From a bacterium (GTDB lineage Bacteria; SAR324; XYD2-FULL-50-16; G965216635): DNA of 64,000 nucleotides. Positions 1 through 9,892 of this stretch are shown here, piece by piece; position 1 is the stretch's first letter, and every line of letters starts with the position of its first letter. The position numbers were made by a program, and so were the translations under genes. The DNA is taken from assembly GCA_965216635.1 (NCBI GenBank), contig OZ244188.1, positions 416,001 through 480,000 on the forward strand, read 5' to 3'. The notes beneath the pieces were generated by a model, which worked only from the letters and a program-made list of their open reading frames with translations, ran no database searches and was not told the DNA's origin.

Positions 1-64
1 GAATCATATCAAGGTATGGAAAAAATTAAGAGCTATGTAGCGGATGGACAACAAACAAACTTAT

Positions 65-204
65 TAGACTTTTGAATTTGCATTCTGTTTAGCCTATGCA
101 GCGTTAAAAAAAAATTTTAACTCTTGAAATACTTGAGTATTCCTGCGAGCTAAAATTTTTTTTTGCCTTGCCTAGACGTCACATAACGCAAACTCAAAGG
201 TCTA
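65..204. mobile_element. Palindromic MITE-like repeat, family 1 (about 140 bp)
   Basis: Terminal inverted repeats TAGACTTTTGAATTTGC / GCAAACTCAAAGGTCTA; a near-identical inverted copy lies at 53272-53409; non-coding. Confidence 0.75.
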
Positions 205-226
205 CTTAGGCGAGTTTGCTCTCTTA

Positions 227-459
227 AAAAATATACTTTCCGTGGATCAGCAATGATAGAAAAAACTAACGCAAAGAAAAAATTTATTTCTATTTTTATT
301 AGACAGGCGAAAAATATACTTTCCGTGAATCAGCAATGATAGAAAAAACTAACGCAAAGAAAAAATTTATTTCTATTTTTATTAGACAGGCGAAAAATAT
401 ACTTCCAGCGGATTAGCAATGATAGAAAAGACTAGCACAAATAAAAATTTTATTTCTAT
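227..459 (+). repeat. 83-bp tandem triplication of the uvrA translation-start region
   Basis: ATGATAGAAAA recurs at 253, 336 and 419 (period 83); the third copy is the uvrA start. Confidence 0.9.
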
Positions 460-3280
460 CAGAAAAGCACGGGAACATAATTTAAAAGGCATTGATTTAG
501 ATATTGCTCGCGGTAAGTTTATTGTAATTACTGGGTTGTCTGGAAGTGGAAAATCTTCTCTTGCTTTTGATACCATTTACGCCGAAGGACAAAGACGATA
601 TATTGAATCGCTTTCTTCTTATGCCCGCCAGTTTTTAGACCAGATGGAAAAACCCGATGTAGAATCCATCACTGGCTTAACTCCTACGATTGCCATAGAA
701 CAAAAAACTAGAGGAGCTACGCCTCGCTCTACAGTGGCTACTTCTACTGAAATTTACGATTATATGCGAGTCCTTTTTGCAAGAGTGGGAGATGCCTCTT
801 GCTATAAATGCGGTAGAAAAATTAGCACTCAATCTGCCGAAGACATTGCCCACTACTTGCTACAATATCCACCACAAACGAGTATTCAAATTTTAAGTCC
901 ACTAGTTCGTAGTGCTAAAGGAGAGCATAAAGAAATTTTTAAAAAATTGCTTAGAGAAGGTTTTGCTCGTGCCCGCGTCAATCAAGAAATTTATGATTTA
1001 GAAGAAGTTCCCAATTTAGATAAAAAGTTTAACCATAATATTGACGCAGTTATAGATAGGATTGTGCTTAAAGAAAAAGTCAAAAGCCGTTTGAGCGAAT
1101 CTGTAGAAATTGCTCTACAAATGAGTCAAGGATTAATTTCTGTTTTGAGAAAAGAGGCAAAACAAACAGATACCAAACAAAAAGATGTCAGCCAAAAAGA
1201 GGAATGGCAAGAAGAGATGTTTAGCGAAAATTTTACCTGTCCCGAACACGGGATGCTACTGCCTGAAATTTCTCCTAGGGTGTTTTCTTTCAACAGTCCT
1301 TTTGGAGCCTGTCAAAAATGTAACGGATTAGGAAATTTTTTAGAGCCCGATGAAAATCTAGTTGTTCCTGATAAAAATTTAAGTTTGAAAGATGGAGCTA
1401 TTTACGCATGGAGACGTTGTGGATATTTTAGGTATGCTGGAAGACTTACACGAAAAATTTGTCGTGTTTTTAAAATAGAAAGCACAAGCCCATGGAAAGA
1501 TTTAAGTAGGGAAACTCAAAAAGCTATTCTTCATGGCGGAAAAAGTTTTGAAGGAGTAATCCCTGAACTTTTGAACCGATTTTATTATACCAATTCTGAG
1601 TATCGCAAAAAGACGATTCACGAATTTATGACTGTAAAAAAATGTCCAGTCTGCGATGGTGCTCGTTTGAAAAAAGAAGTGCTTGCCGTTCGTATCCAGA
1701 AAAAAAATATTGCAGAACTCAATCAAATGACTGTAGAAGACGCAGAGCAGTTTTTTAAAAATTTAAGTTTTGATAAAGAAAAGCAAATTATAGTAGAGCC
1801 TTTAAAAAAAGCTATCTTAGAAAAACTTAGTTTTTTAAATAGCGTAGGACTTAACTATCTATCTTTGAATAGAGAAACCAACAGCCTATCGGGTGGAGAA
1901 TCTCAGAGAATAAGACTAGCCTGCCAGCTTGGTTCACAACTCGCAGGGGTAACTTATGTTTTAGACGAGCCTACCATTGGACTGCACCAAAGAGACAACC
2001 AAAGACTTATCCAAACCTTACAAAAATTACAAGCTTACGATAACACCGTAATTGTAGTAGAGCACGACAGAGATTTAATAATGACAGCAGATGAAGTGAT
2101 AGATATAGGTCCGGGAGCTGGAGTGCACGGTGGTGAAATAGTTGCTCAAGAAACCCCCAAAAAATTGCTGCAAGGAAATGGGCTTACTGCCAAATACTTA
2201 AGACAAGAATTACAAATCCCTCTGCCAGAAAGAAGAAGAGAGCTGACAGAGAAACAAATTAAACTCGTAGGTTGTAAGGCGAACAATCTAAAAAATGCCG
2301 ATATCGTTTTTCCTCTAGGAATTTTTGTTTGTCTTACTGGAGTTTCTGGTTCTGGAAAATCCTCCTTAGCTATTGAATGCTTGTATAAAAACCTAAAGCA
2401 CAAAAATTCACGCTTGCATCTCAGTGAAACCCAAAAAAACGCTGGTAAAATCAAACAAATTAAAGGCGTAGAAAATATAGACAAAATTATTTTTGTAGAC
2501 CAATCCCCCATTGGTAGAACTTCCCGCTCCAACCCAGCCACCTATACTGGAGTTTTTGACCCCATTCGCAAACTCTTTACAATGACTCCAGAAGCAAAAA
2601 CTAGAGGTTACCAACCGGGTAGATTTTCTTTTAATGTCAAAGGAGGACGTTGCGAGGCTTGTCAAGGACAAGGACAAAAAAGCATTGAAATGTATTTTTT
2701 ACCCGATGTGCATGTGGTCTGCGAAGCTTGTAACGGGAAAAGATACAACAGTGAAACTTTAGAAGTAAAATTTAGAGGAAAAAACATTGCTCAAATTTTG
2801 GATATGACAATAGAAATAGCTAAAGATTTTTTTAAAAACCACCGCAATATCTACCCCTACCTAGAAACTTTAGATAGAATAGGATTGGGCTACATTAAAT
2901 TAGGACAACCCGCACCTAGCCTGTCTGGAGGCGAAGCCCAAAGAGTCAAACTCTCCAGTGAACTCTCCCGAGCCAGCACAGCAAAAACCCTTTACTTAAT
3001 GGACGAGCCCACTACAGGCTTGCATTTTCACGATATTTATAAACTGATGGAAATCATACAAGACCTCGTCAATCAAAATAACACCGTCATTGTGATTGAG
3101 CACAACTTGGATATTATCAAATGCGCCGATTGGATTATTGATTTAGGACCCGAAGGAGGAGCTGGAGGTGGAAAAATTATCGCCCAAGGCACTCCCGAAG
3201 AAATAGCAAAAAACAAAGCTAGTTTCACTGGACATTTCTTAAAAGATGTCCTAACCACCTCAAAAAGAAAAGCCTCTTAA
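419..3280 (+). CDS. uvrA: Excinuclease ABC subunit A
   Basis: Two Walker A motifs (GLSGSGKSS, GVSGSGKSS), LSGGE signatures, Zn fingers, 953 aa. Confidence 0.98.
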   Translation: MIEKTSTNKNFISIRKAREHNLKGIDLDIARGKFIVITGLSGSGKSSLAFDTIYAEGQRRYIESLSSYARQFLDQMEKPDVESITGLTPTIAIEQKTRGATPRSTVATSTEIYDYMRVLFARVGDASCYKCGRKISTQSAEDIAHYLLQYPPQTSIQILSPLVRSAKGEHKEIFKKLLREGFARARVNQEIYDLEEVPNLDKKFNHNIDAVIDRIVLKEKVKSRLSESVEIALQMSQGLISVLRKEAKQTDTKQKDVSQKEEWQEEMFSENFTCPEHGMLLPEISPRVFSFNSPFGACQKCNGLGNFLEPDENLVVPDKNLSLKDGAIYAWRRCGYFRYAGRLTRKICRVFKIESTSPWKDLSRETQKAILHGGKSFEGVIPELLNRFYYTNSEYRKKTIHEFMTVKKCPVCDGARLKKEVLAVRIQKKNIAELNQMTVEDAEQFFKNLSFDKEKQIIVEPLKKAILEKLSFLNSVGLNYLSLNRETNSLSGGESQRIRLACQLGSQLAGVTYVLDEPTIGLHQRDNQRLIQTLQKLQAYDNTVIVVEHDRDLIMTADEVIDIGPGAGVHGGEIVAQETPKKLLQGNGLTAKYLRQELQIPLPERRRELTEKQIKLVGCKANNLKNADIVFPLGIFVCLTGVSGSGKSSLAIECLYKNLKHKNSRLHLSETQKNAGKIKQIKGVENIDKIIFVDQSPIGRTSRSNPATYTGVFDPIRKLFTMTPEAKTRGYQPGRFSFNVKGGRCEACQGQGQKSIEMYFLPDVHVVCEACNGKRYNSETLEVKFRGKNIAQILDMTIEIAKDFFKNHRNIYPYLETLDRIGLGYIKLGQPAPSLSGGEAQRVKLSSELSRASTAKTLYLMDEPTTGLHFHDIYKLMEIIQDLVNQNNTVIVIEHNLDIIKCADWIIDLGPEGGAGGGKIIAQGTPEEIAKNKASFTGHFLKDVLTTSKRKAS

Positions 3281-3383
3281 TAAAATTAAAATATTATGAA
3301 AAATAAAAGAAATTTTCTTTTTTTAATATTTAAGGATTGTTTTTTATAAGATAGCTTTTAGATTTCACTAGACGATAATAAAA

Positions 3384-4085
3384 CTATAAATTAATATCCA
3401 ATTTTTGAATTTCTATAGTCTTAAAGTGTAAATTCTCTAATGTTTTTGTACTTATAAATTTAATTCTTTTTTGAATAGATTGAAATTCACTTCTTTGTAA
3501 TTTATTTTTATAGTCTTTTTCCCTACTTTCATCTGCGATTATAAAAAATTTTATATTAAAATCTTGCAATGCCACATATCTTGAAAAAGATTCGCTAAAA
3601 TTAGTAGAAATTTCTACTTCAAAAGCACGCTCTGGCATTTTCCTATCATTAAACCAAAGCACATCAATAAAAGAAGCTCTTTTGACAATCTTTTCATATC
3701 CAAAATCATAAATTTTATCTAAAGTTCTCGTTTTTGCTAATGTAGTATCTAAAAAAATTTTATTCTTGTCCTGTTGGGGAACAAAAGTTTCAAATTTTTT
3801 TATTTCTCCTAATTCTAGTAATAAACCCTGATAGTAGGAATGACTAAATTCTTTTTCTTTTACAGGATCTTTAGAAATTGTAAATTTTTCTTTATGAGAA
3901 TTGAGAGCCCATAATCCAGGTCGGATGCTAAAAAAAAATTTTTCATCCTGCACTATTCTTCTAATGGAAGCATAAGGTGTTTTAGTTGACCACTGACTAA
4001 TATCTACTGTTTGGTTCAATCTTCTTAATGTAGCACTCCCTCCTAATTGTTCCATTATTTTTATTACTTGCTCGTATTGTTTCAT
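3384..4085 (-). CDS. N-terminal HTH plus PD-(D/E)XK nuclease-like protein (putative restriction endonuclease)
   Basis: N-terminal winged-HTH-like segment (KTPYASIRRIVQ...GLWAL); IDVLW...FEVE catalytic-like motif; defence-island context. Confidence 0.6.
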   Translation of the reverse strand: MKQYEQVIKIMEQLGGSATLRRLNQTVDISQWSTKTPYASIRRIVQDEKFFFSIRPGLWALNSHKEKFTISKDPVKEKEFSHSYYQGLLLELGEIKKFETFVPQQDKNKIFLDTTLAKTRTLDKIYDFGYEKIVKRASFIDVLWFNDRKMPERAFEVEISTNFSESFSRYVALQDFNIKFFIIADESREKDYKNKLQRSEFQSIQKRIKFISTKTLENLHFKTIEIQKLDINL

Positions 4086-4182
4086 AAAATTTATTCCATT
4101 TTTTAAGAAAAAAATATAAAATGATATTTTTCACTAATATAGCTGAAATAAAATATTTTGTAAAATTTTATAAAATAATATT

Positions 4183-4374
4183 ATGAAAAAGACAAAAATA
4201 CCTATGTGGGAAAAGTTGGACATGGAAGACAATAAAATTTATAGATTTTTTAGAATGTCAGCTGAGCCTTATGATGATTTAGAATGGGACGGAAAAATTT
4301 TGAATGTTTGGCTTGATGATGAACTTATAGAAACCTACACTAAAAAAGACTTAATAGAATGTGAAATATTATGA
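4183..4374 (+). CDS. Small acidic hypothetical protein
   Basis: 63-aa ORF whose stop overlaps the next ATG (ATGA coupling). Confidence 0.55.
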   Translation: MKKTKIPMWEKLDMEDNKIYRFFRMSAEPYDDLEWDGKILNVWLDDELIETYTKKDLIECEIL

Positions 4375-4562
4375 AAAAAGAAAACCTAAATTGTAAAACT
4401 TGTGGGAATGATGAGTTTGTTTTAGAATCTAATGAATGTGAATTTTATAAAATTAAAGGAGAAAATGTAGAGTGGAATGGAGCAGGAGTGACAAGAGAAG
4501 ACCCTAAAGTATATTGCAAGAAATGTCTTAAAGAAGTGGATTATGAATTATATTTTACCTAA
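4371..4562 (+). CDS. Small zinc-ribbon protein
   Basis: CKTC ... CKKC cysteine pairs; translationally coupled in the operon. Confidence 0.6.
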   Translation: MKKENLNCKTCGNDEFVLESNECEFYKIKGENVEWNGAGVTREDPKVYCKKCLKEVDYELYFT

Positions 4563-4571
4563 AAGAAAAAT

Positions 4572-5372
4572 ATGAAAAAAGAAAAAAAAGTAGGAAAAAA
4601 GAAACAAGTTTTAGTAGAAATATTTACTATTTGTAAAGACAAAGGAGATTTTGTTTTTCATAATGAACTTGTAAAAGATATTTGCAAAAAGAAAGGTTTT
4701 GGAAATCCTTTTGATGTATCTAAACTAGATAATACTAAAGTTTTTCCCGATATAATGCTAGAAGATGATTATTTTATGATTCATTTAGGAGAAGGCAAGC
4801 ATCAATTTATAAAAGGCATTGACAAAGGTTTTCATACTTTTGAAGAAATTGAAGAGAAAAATACAAGAGACTGGGAATACAAAAAAAGTCTACTCAATGA
4901 TTTTGATACAAGTGAGAGTAATATTTTATCACTAGGGTTCAATCAAAAAATTATTCACGATTTTTTATACGATGATATTACTGCTAGTCCAAAAGTTTAT
5001 AATGCTCGCAGGACAAAAGCCTCATTAGATTATTTTATTGAAAAACAGAAAATAGAAACTCAGAAATTGCAAATGGAAATAGATTTAACTATGGAATTAA
5101 ACGGAGGTGTGACTGTTTTTGAGGGTAAGAATAATTTCCCTAAAAATTTTGCAATTTATCAATTATTTAACCCTTTTTTATACTACCAAAAACTAAAACA
5201 AGAAAATCAATTAAAAATCAAAGAGATTAACTGCTGCTATTTATTAAGAAAGAAAAAAAGAAAGTCTAAGGATTCTACTATAAGAATTTATATGTATAGT
5301 TTTTTAAAAGAAAATGATTTAACCTCTATAAAACTATTAAAAGCAAAGGAATATAATCTAATATCAAAATGA
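4572..5372 (+). CDS. Putative type II restriction endonuclease
   Basis: EID...FEGK PD-(D/E)XK-like motif; overlaps the downstream DNA methyltransferase. Confidence 0.6.
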   Translation: MKKEKKVGKKKQVLVEIFTICKDKGDFVFHNELVKDICKKKGFGNPFDVSKLDNTKVFPDIMLEDDYFMIHLGEGKHQFIKGIDKGFHTFEEIEEKNTRDWEYKKSLLNDFDTSESNILSLGFNQKIIHDFLYDDITASPKVYNARRTKASLDYFIEKQKIETQKLQMEIDLTMELNGGVTVFEGKNNFPKNFAIYQLFNPFLYYQKLKQENQLKIKEINCCYLLRKKKRKSKDSTIRIYMYSFLKENDLTSIKLLKAKEYNLISK

Positions 5373-6235
5373 CAGGACTATCCCAAGAATACAAAAATCA
5401 AGTATTCGGTAAAGATGTTTTTAAAATTTTAAAAGAATTGCCAGACGAATCTTTAGATATGATTTATGGAGACCCTGATTATGGAGTGGGCATTGATTAT
5501 TCTGGCAAGAAATATACTACTCAATGGAATAAGTATATTGACTGGTATATTGCTTTGGTTAAAGAGTCTATGAGAGTTTTAAAACCAGAAGGTAATTTAT
5601 TTATGATAAACTACCCAAAGCAAAATGCCTATTTAAGAGTAAAATTTTTAGACGAAAACGCCTACGATGTGCAAGACTACGCTTGGGTTTATAATACAAA
5701 TGTAGGGCATAGCTATAGAAGATTTACCACCGCTCACCGCTCTATTTTGCACGCTACAAAATCAAAAAATAATAATTTTTATAAAGACAATGTAGCCCTA
5801 CCTTATCAAAACCCAGACGACAAAAGAATTAAGCAAAGAATAGCAGAAGGACACAAAGGCAGAATGCCTTACAGCTGGTTTTATTTTGATTTGGTGAAAA
5901 ATGTCTCTAAAGATAAAACTCTGCACGCTTGTCAAATACCACTACCTTTAGTAGAAATGCTTATCAAGGCAAGCACTCAAAAAAACGACGATTGTTTTAT
6001 TTTGTTCGGTGGCAGTGGTTCTGAGATTGTGCTTTGCCAAGATTTAAAACGCAATTTTATCTCCTGTGAAATACACCCCAAATACCACAAAATGATTTTA
6101 GATAGACTAGGCAATGCTGGAAAAATTAAAAAAGAATACAAACTAGATTTTATTAGACAGAGAGAACAACACTCAGCAGCAGCCACACTTTTTGAAAAAA
6201 ACAAGAAAAAAAATCGTTCTTACGCTTATGGGTAA
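5369..6235 (+). CDS. Site-specific DNA methyltransferase (N4/N6, beta-class motif order)
   Basis: Motif IV variant DPDY near the N terminus; motif I FGGSGS near the C terminus. Confidence 0.85.
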   Translation: MTGLSQEYKNQVFGKDVFKILKELPDESLDMIYGDPDYGVGIDYSGKKYTTQWNKYIDWYIALVKESMRVLKPEGNLFMINYPKQNAYLRVKFLDENAYDVQDYAWVYNTNVGHSYRRFTTAHRSILHATKSKNNNFYKDNVALPYQNPDDKRIKQRIAEGHKGRMPYSWFYFDLVKNVSKDKTLHACQIPLPLVEMLIKASTQKNDDCFILFGGSGSEIVLCQDLKRNFISCEIHPKYHKMILDRLGNAGKIKKEYKLDFIRQREQHSAAATLFEKNKKKNRSYAYG

Positions 6236-6317
6236 CCTATACCTATAAAAATTTTAGAAATTGAAGTATTATAAAAAGAAGTTTATGAATATAATCTTGT
6301 GATTTTTCAATTAAAAT

Positions 6318-6565
6318 AATTTTTCTCTTTACGTGGTTTTGAGGGAGACCTCATCGTCGGGTGTTTAGCCAGACTCAATTTTATTGTTTATTTTCTTTGA
6401 GATGTGCTCAGATTTTGCCTAAGATTTCTGAAGACATTGATTTTTTACACAAAAATTTGAATAAATTTTTGTATCTTAAGAATTTTAAGATTTTACTTGT
6501 AGTCTTAATAAATCTTAGGCAAAATCTGAGCACATCTCAAAGTATTCTAGGTAAAGAAAAATTTA
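6318..6565 (+). ncRNA. Retron msr-msd non-coding RNA
   Basis: Flanking a1/a2 inverted repeats (AATTTTT[CT]CTTTAC ending 6332 / GTAAAGAAAAATT from 6551); candidate branching G at 6333; msr hairpins TGAGG-GAGA-CCTCA and GTCGGGTGTTTAGCCAGAC; perfect 33-bp msd stem 6395-6427/6510-6542; directly upstream of effector and RT. Confidence 0.88.
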
Positions 6566-6574
6566 ATTGTATCT

Positions 6575-7591
6575 ATGTTAGATGAAAATTTTGTAAAGAA
6601 AATAAAAAAAGATTTAAAAAAAATAGATTTATTAATTTCGCGTATAGGTATTGACGCATCACCAAAAATATTTTTATGTGGAGGTCCTTATAAGGACGAA
6701 GAAACTACTAAAAATAACTTTTCTACAAAACCGCTTCCATGTACCTTATCTTCTAGATATCGTTTGATTGATCAGCTAAAAAAACAAAATAATAATTTTT
6801 ACCCTCAAATAATAATAGCTGATGCTTTCAAATTCAGAGATTGGTATATAAAAGGTAAATATAAAGATCTTTTGACATTAGAAAAAGATATAGCAGAAAT
6901 GTCGGGTTTAATTGTAATAATTCCAGAGAGTCCTGGTTCTATTGCTGAACTTGGTTCTTTTATAATGCTAAAAAGCATTAAGAAAAAATTACTTATTTTC
7001 ATCAAAGATACACATGCAGAAAAAGAATCATTTATTTGGAATGGAATTATAGAAAATTTTCAACAAAATACTTCCCAACAAGTTTTCATAGGAAGAGAAA
7101 GTGATATAGAAGGCATGCAAGATGATATTCAAAAATTTTTAGAAAAAATCACAAAAGAAATACAAAAAATGGCTGGTTCGAGCAAATTTGATAATAAAAA
7201 AAAATCACATCAAGCTTTTTTTATTTATGAAATGATTAGAGTGTATGGAGCTTTAGAAATCCAAGAAATCGGAATATGTCTAAAAGCAGTCAATTTGTTA
7301 GGAATAAATATGAAAAAAATCAAAAATTTACTTTTTATTCTAGAGGAATTTAAATGGATTAAAAAAACATCAAAGGGAAACAAAAAATTTTATTATATAC
7401 CTAAAGGAGGACAAAAAATTGGTAAAACAGAATTTAAAATGAACATTTTAGAAAAAAACACAAAAACACCTAAATTTGTTGCATGGAATACGGATTATAT
7501 TCAAAAATTAGCATTAAGTTTTTATAATGGAGGTAGGGATAAACTCCATAGGGATAGATATAATGTAATTAAGAGTAATGGAAATAGTTAA
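6575..7591 (+). CDS. Retron St85/Sen2-family effector (NDT-like domain plus winged HTH)
   Basis: IFLCGG and E..IA......IIPESPGSIAELG motifs typical of RcaT-like effectors; lies between the ncRNA and the RT. Confidence 0.85.
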   Translation: MLDENFVKKIKKDLKKIDLLISRIGIDASPKIFLCGGPYKDEETTKNNFSTKPLPCTLSSRYRLIDQLKKQNNNFYPQIIIADAFKFRDWYIKGKYKDLLTLEKDIAEMSGLIVIIPESPGSIAELGSFIMLKSIKKKLLIFIKDTHAEKESFIWNGIIENFQQNTSQQVFIGRESDIEGMQDDIQKFLEKITKEIQKMAGSSKFDNKKKSHQAFFIYEMIRVYGALEIQEIGICLKAVNLLGINMKKIKNLLFILEEFKWIKKTSKGNKKFYYIPKGGQKIGKTEFKMNILEKNTKTPKFVAWNTDYIQKLALSFYNGGRDKLHRDRYNVIKSNGNS

Positions 7592-8552
7592 GGAATTATC
7601 TGATATTTTTCTTGTTCCTAAAAAAGAAATTTTTCAATGGATTAAAACTTCTCCTTATAGATATAAAGAGTATCGTATTAAAAAAAGAAATGGAACAGAT
7701 ACCAGAACTATTGCACAACCAACAAAAAACACTAAATTACTACAGCACAGTGTAATAAAAAATCAATTATCAAACTTACCTGTTCACGATTGCGTGATGG
7801 CTTATAAAAAAGGCATAGGCATCAAAGACAATGCTGAAATACACAAAAAAAACCAGTATTTACTGAAAATGGATTTTAAAGATTTTTTTCATTCTATCAA
7901 GCCAGATGATTTGATTGAACATGTAGAAAAACATAAAAAAAAACTAAATATAAAAAAATTAAGCGAAGAGGATATTTTTGTATTAAGACATCTTTTTTTT
8001 TGGAGAGAAAAAAACACAACAGAATCTAAAATGAGTATAGGAGCTCCATCTTCTCCTTTTTTGTCTAATACGATTCTTTACGAGTTTGATACAAAGCTTA
8101 GTGAATTAGCAAAAAAAGAAAATGTAACCTACACAAGATACGCTGATGATTTGACTTTGACAGCTAACAAAAGAGATATTCTTTATTCCTTCCCCGATAA
8201 AATAAAAAACCTTCTTGCAACAATTGAATACCCAAAAATAACTATAAACAAAGAAAAAACAGTTTATTCTTCAAAAAAACATAATAGGCATATTACTGGT
8301 TTAGTTATCACTAATGATGAAAAAATATCATTAGGCAGAGAGAAAAAGAGAAAAATAAAATCTCTTGTATATGAATTTTCTCAAAAAAAATTAAATAATG
8401 AAAAAATTAATCAATTAAAAGGGTGGCTTTCTTTTGCTAAAGATGTTGAGCCTACATTTTATGAAACACTTGAAAATAAATATACGGGAGTAATTATTAC
8501 TAGAATTAAGAAATATAAAATAAAACCTAACCCCACTCCATCACAGGATTAA
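7578..8552 (+). CDS. Retron reverse transcriptase (St85-like)
   Basis: YADD catalytic motif, NAxxH (NAEIH) region X, ITG (VTG-like) region Y, DFKDFFHSI, GAPSSP. Confidence 0.95.
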   Translation: MEIVKELSDIFLVPKKEIFQWIKTSPYRYKEYRIKKRNGTDTRTIAQPTKNTKLLQHSVIKNQLSNLPVHDCVMAYKKGIGIKDNAEIHKKNQYLLKMDFKDFFHSIKPDDLIEHVEKHKKKLNIKKLSEEDIFVLRHLFFWREKNTTESKMSIGAPSSPFLSNTILYEFDTKLSELAKKENVTYTRYADDLTLTANKRDILYSFPDKIKNLLATIEYPKITINKEKTVYSSKKHNRHITGLVITNDEKISLGREKKRKIKSLVYEFSQKKLNNEKINQLKGWLSFAKDVEPTFYETLENKYTGVIITRIKKYKIKPNPTPSQD

Positions 8553-8599
8553 AAAAATCCTCCGACTTACCTCCCATTTTTCCATAACATTCTCCCTTG
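8529..8599 (+). repeat. 71-bp direct repeat B, copy 1 (second copy at 11077-11147)
   Basis: 67/71 identical by eye; encodes the RT C-terminal tail and stop codon. Confidence 0.9.
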
Positions 8600-8692
8600 A
8601 AAGATCAGGCTAGTTTTTTAAAGTAAAATTTGTTATTAGGTAGTAGAAACTCATACCTACAAAAATTTTAGAAATTAAAATTTCCTAAAAAT

Positions 8693-9892
8693 ATGACTAA
8701 TCAAATGCCTAGAGAAAAATTACTCACCAACCCTATTACTAATCAACTGCCTAGAGAAAAATTGCTCACCAATCCTATTACTAATCAACTGCCTAGAGAA
8801 AAATTGCTCACCAATCCTATTACTAATATAGATACTGCTGACCTTCTGTCTATTATCCTTGGCACTGGAAGTAGAAATAATAAAATAAATGAACTTAGCA
8901 AAGAACTGCTAGATTTTTTGAGAAACAATCTCAATAAAAAAATAACAGTAGATAATTTATTGAAGTTTCAAGGAATTGGGAAAAGTAAGGCTTTACAGAT
9001 AATTTCTGCTCTTGAACTTGGAAAAAGATTTAAAAATTCTAAAGAAAAACTGCAAGTTTATAATGCTGGAATAGGTCAATTCATACTAGGTGATTGTTTA
9101 GAAAGTATGAAGACTATGGCTGATAATAGCGTAGTTTTGGGTTTTACTTCTCCTCCTTATCACAATGCAGTCAATTATGGTGAACATATTAAAAAATTAA
9201 AAGGTGAAGTTCAATATTGGGAAAGAAAAGAACTCTCCTATGAGTTTTATAAAACTTTTCTTATAGATAGATTCAAAGAATTATATCGTCTTATAAGGTC
9301 TGGCGGGCATTGTGTTGTAAATATTTCTCCTGTGGCGTGGGAAGGGAAACGGGTTGCTTTACCTTTTCATTTTGTGGGTTGGATGGAAGAAATTGGCTGG
9401 AGATTTAAAGAAGATATTATTTGGCAAAAAGAAATAGTAAGAGATAAAAGAAGTGGAGTTTTGATGCAACACCCTTACCCTGGTTATTATTACCCTAGTT
9501 TATCTGTAGAATATGTTTTTGTATTTCAAAAAACTGCTACAGAAAAAAAGAAAAATAATATTTATTATCACCGTTCTGCACAAGAAAAAGAAAAAAACAA
9601 AATCAACCTAGAAAATTATCAATCTATGAGTAAGAATATTTGGAATATTAGACCAGTAGCCCCGCAAGAAAATATACACCCTTGTCCTTTTCCTGAAGAA
9701 TTAGCAAGACGAGTAATAGAATTTTATTCTTACAAAAAAGATACTGTAATTGATATATTTGCGGGTAGTGGAATTGTGAATATTGCAGCAGAAAAATTAG
9801 AGCGAGTCCATATTGGACTAGAAACAGAAAGAGAATATATTGATTATGGGGTACGCAGTATTAATAAATTAAGCAAAAAAAACAACCAATGA
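8693..9892 (+). CDS. RadC N-terminal (HhH) domain fused to an N4/N6 DNA methyltransferase
   Basis: PREKL...LLSIILGTG...GIGKSKALQIISALELGKR (RadC-N, no JAB domain), followed by TSPPY and DIFAGSG motifs. Confidence 0.8.
   Translation: MTNQMPREKLLTNPITNQLPREKLLTNPITNQLPREKLLTNPITNIDTADLLSIILGTGSRNNKINELSKELLDFLRNNLNKKITVDNLLKFQGIGKSKALQIISALELGKRFKNSKEKLQVYNAGIGQFILGDCLESMKTMADNSVVLGFTSPPYHNAVNYGEHIKKLKGEVQYWERKELSYEFYKTFLIDRFKELYRLIRSGGHCVVNISPVAWEGKRVALPFHFVGWMEEIGWRFKEDIIWQKEIVRDKRSGVLMQHPYPGYYYPSLSVEYVFVFQKTATEKKKNNIYYHRSAQEKEKNKINLENYQSMSKNIWNIRPVAPQENIHPCPFPEELARRVIEFYSYKKDTVIDIFAGSGIVNIAAEKLERVHIGLETEREYIDYGVRSINKLSKKNNQ

Noticed and set aside
6361..6585. 74-aa ORF upstream of the retron effector
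   Set aside because: It overlies the msd inverted repeat and is better explained as the ncRNA
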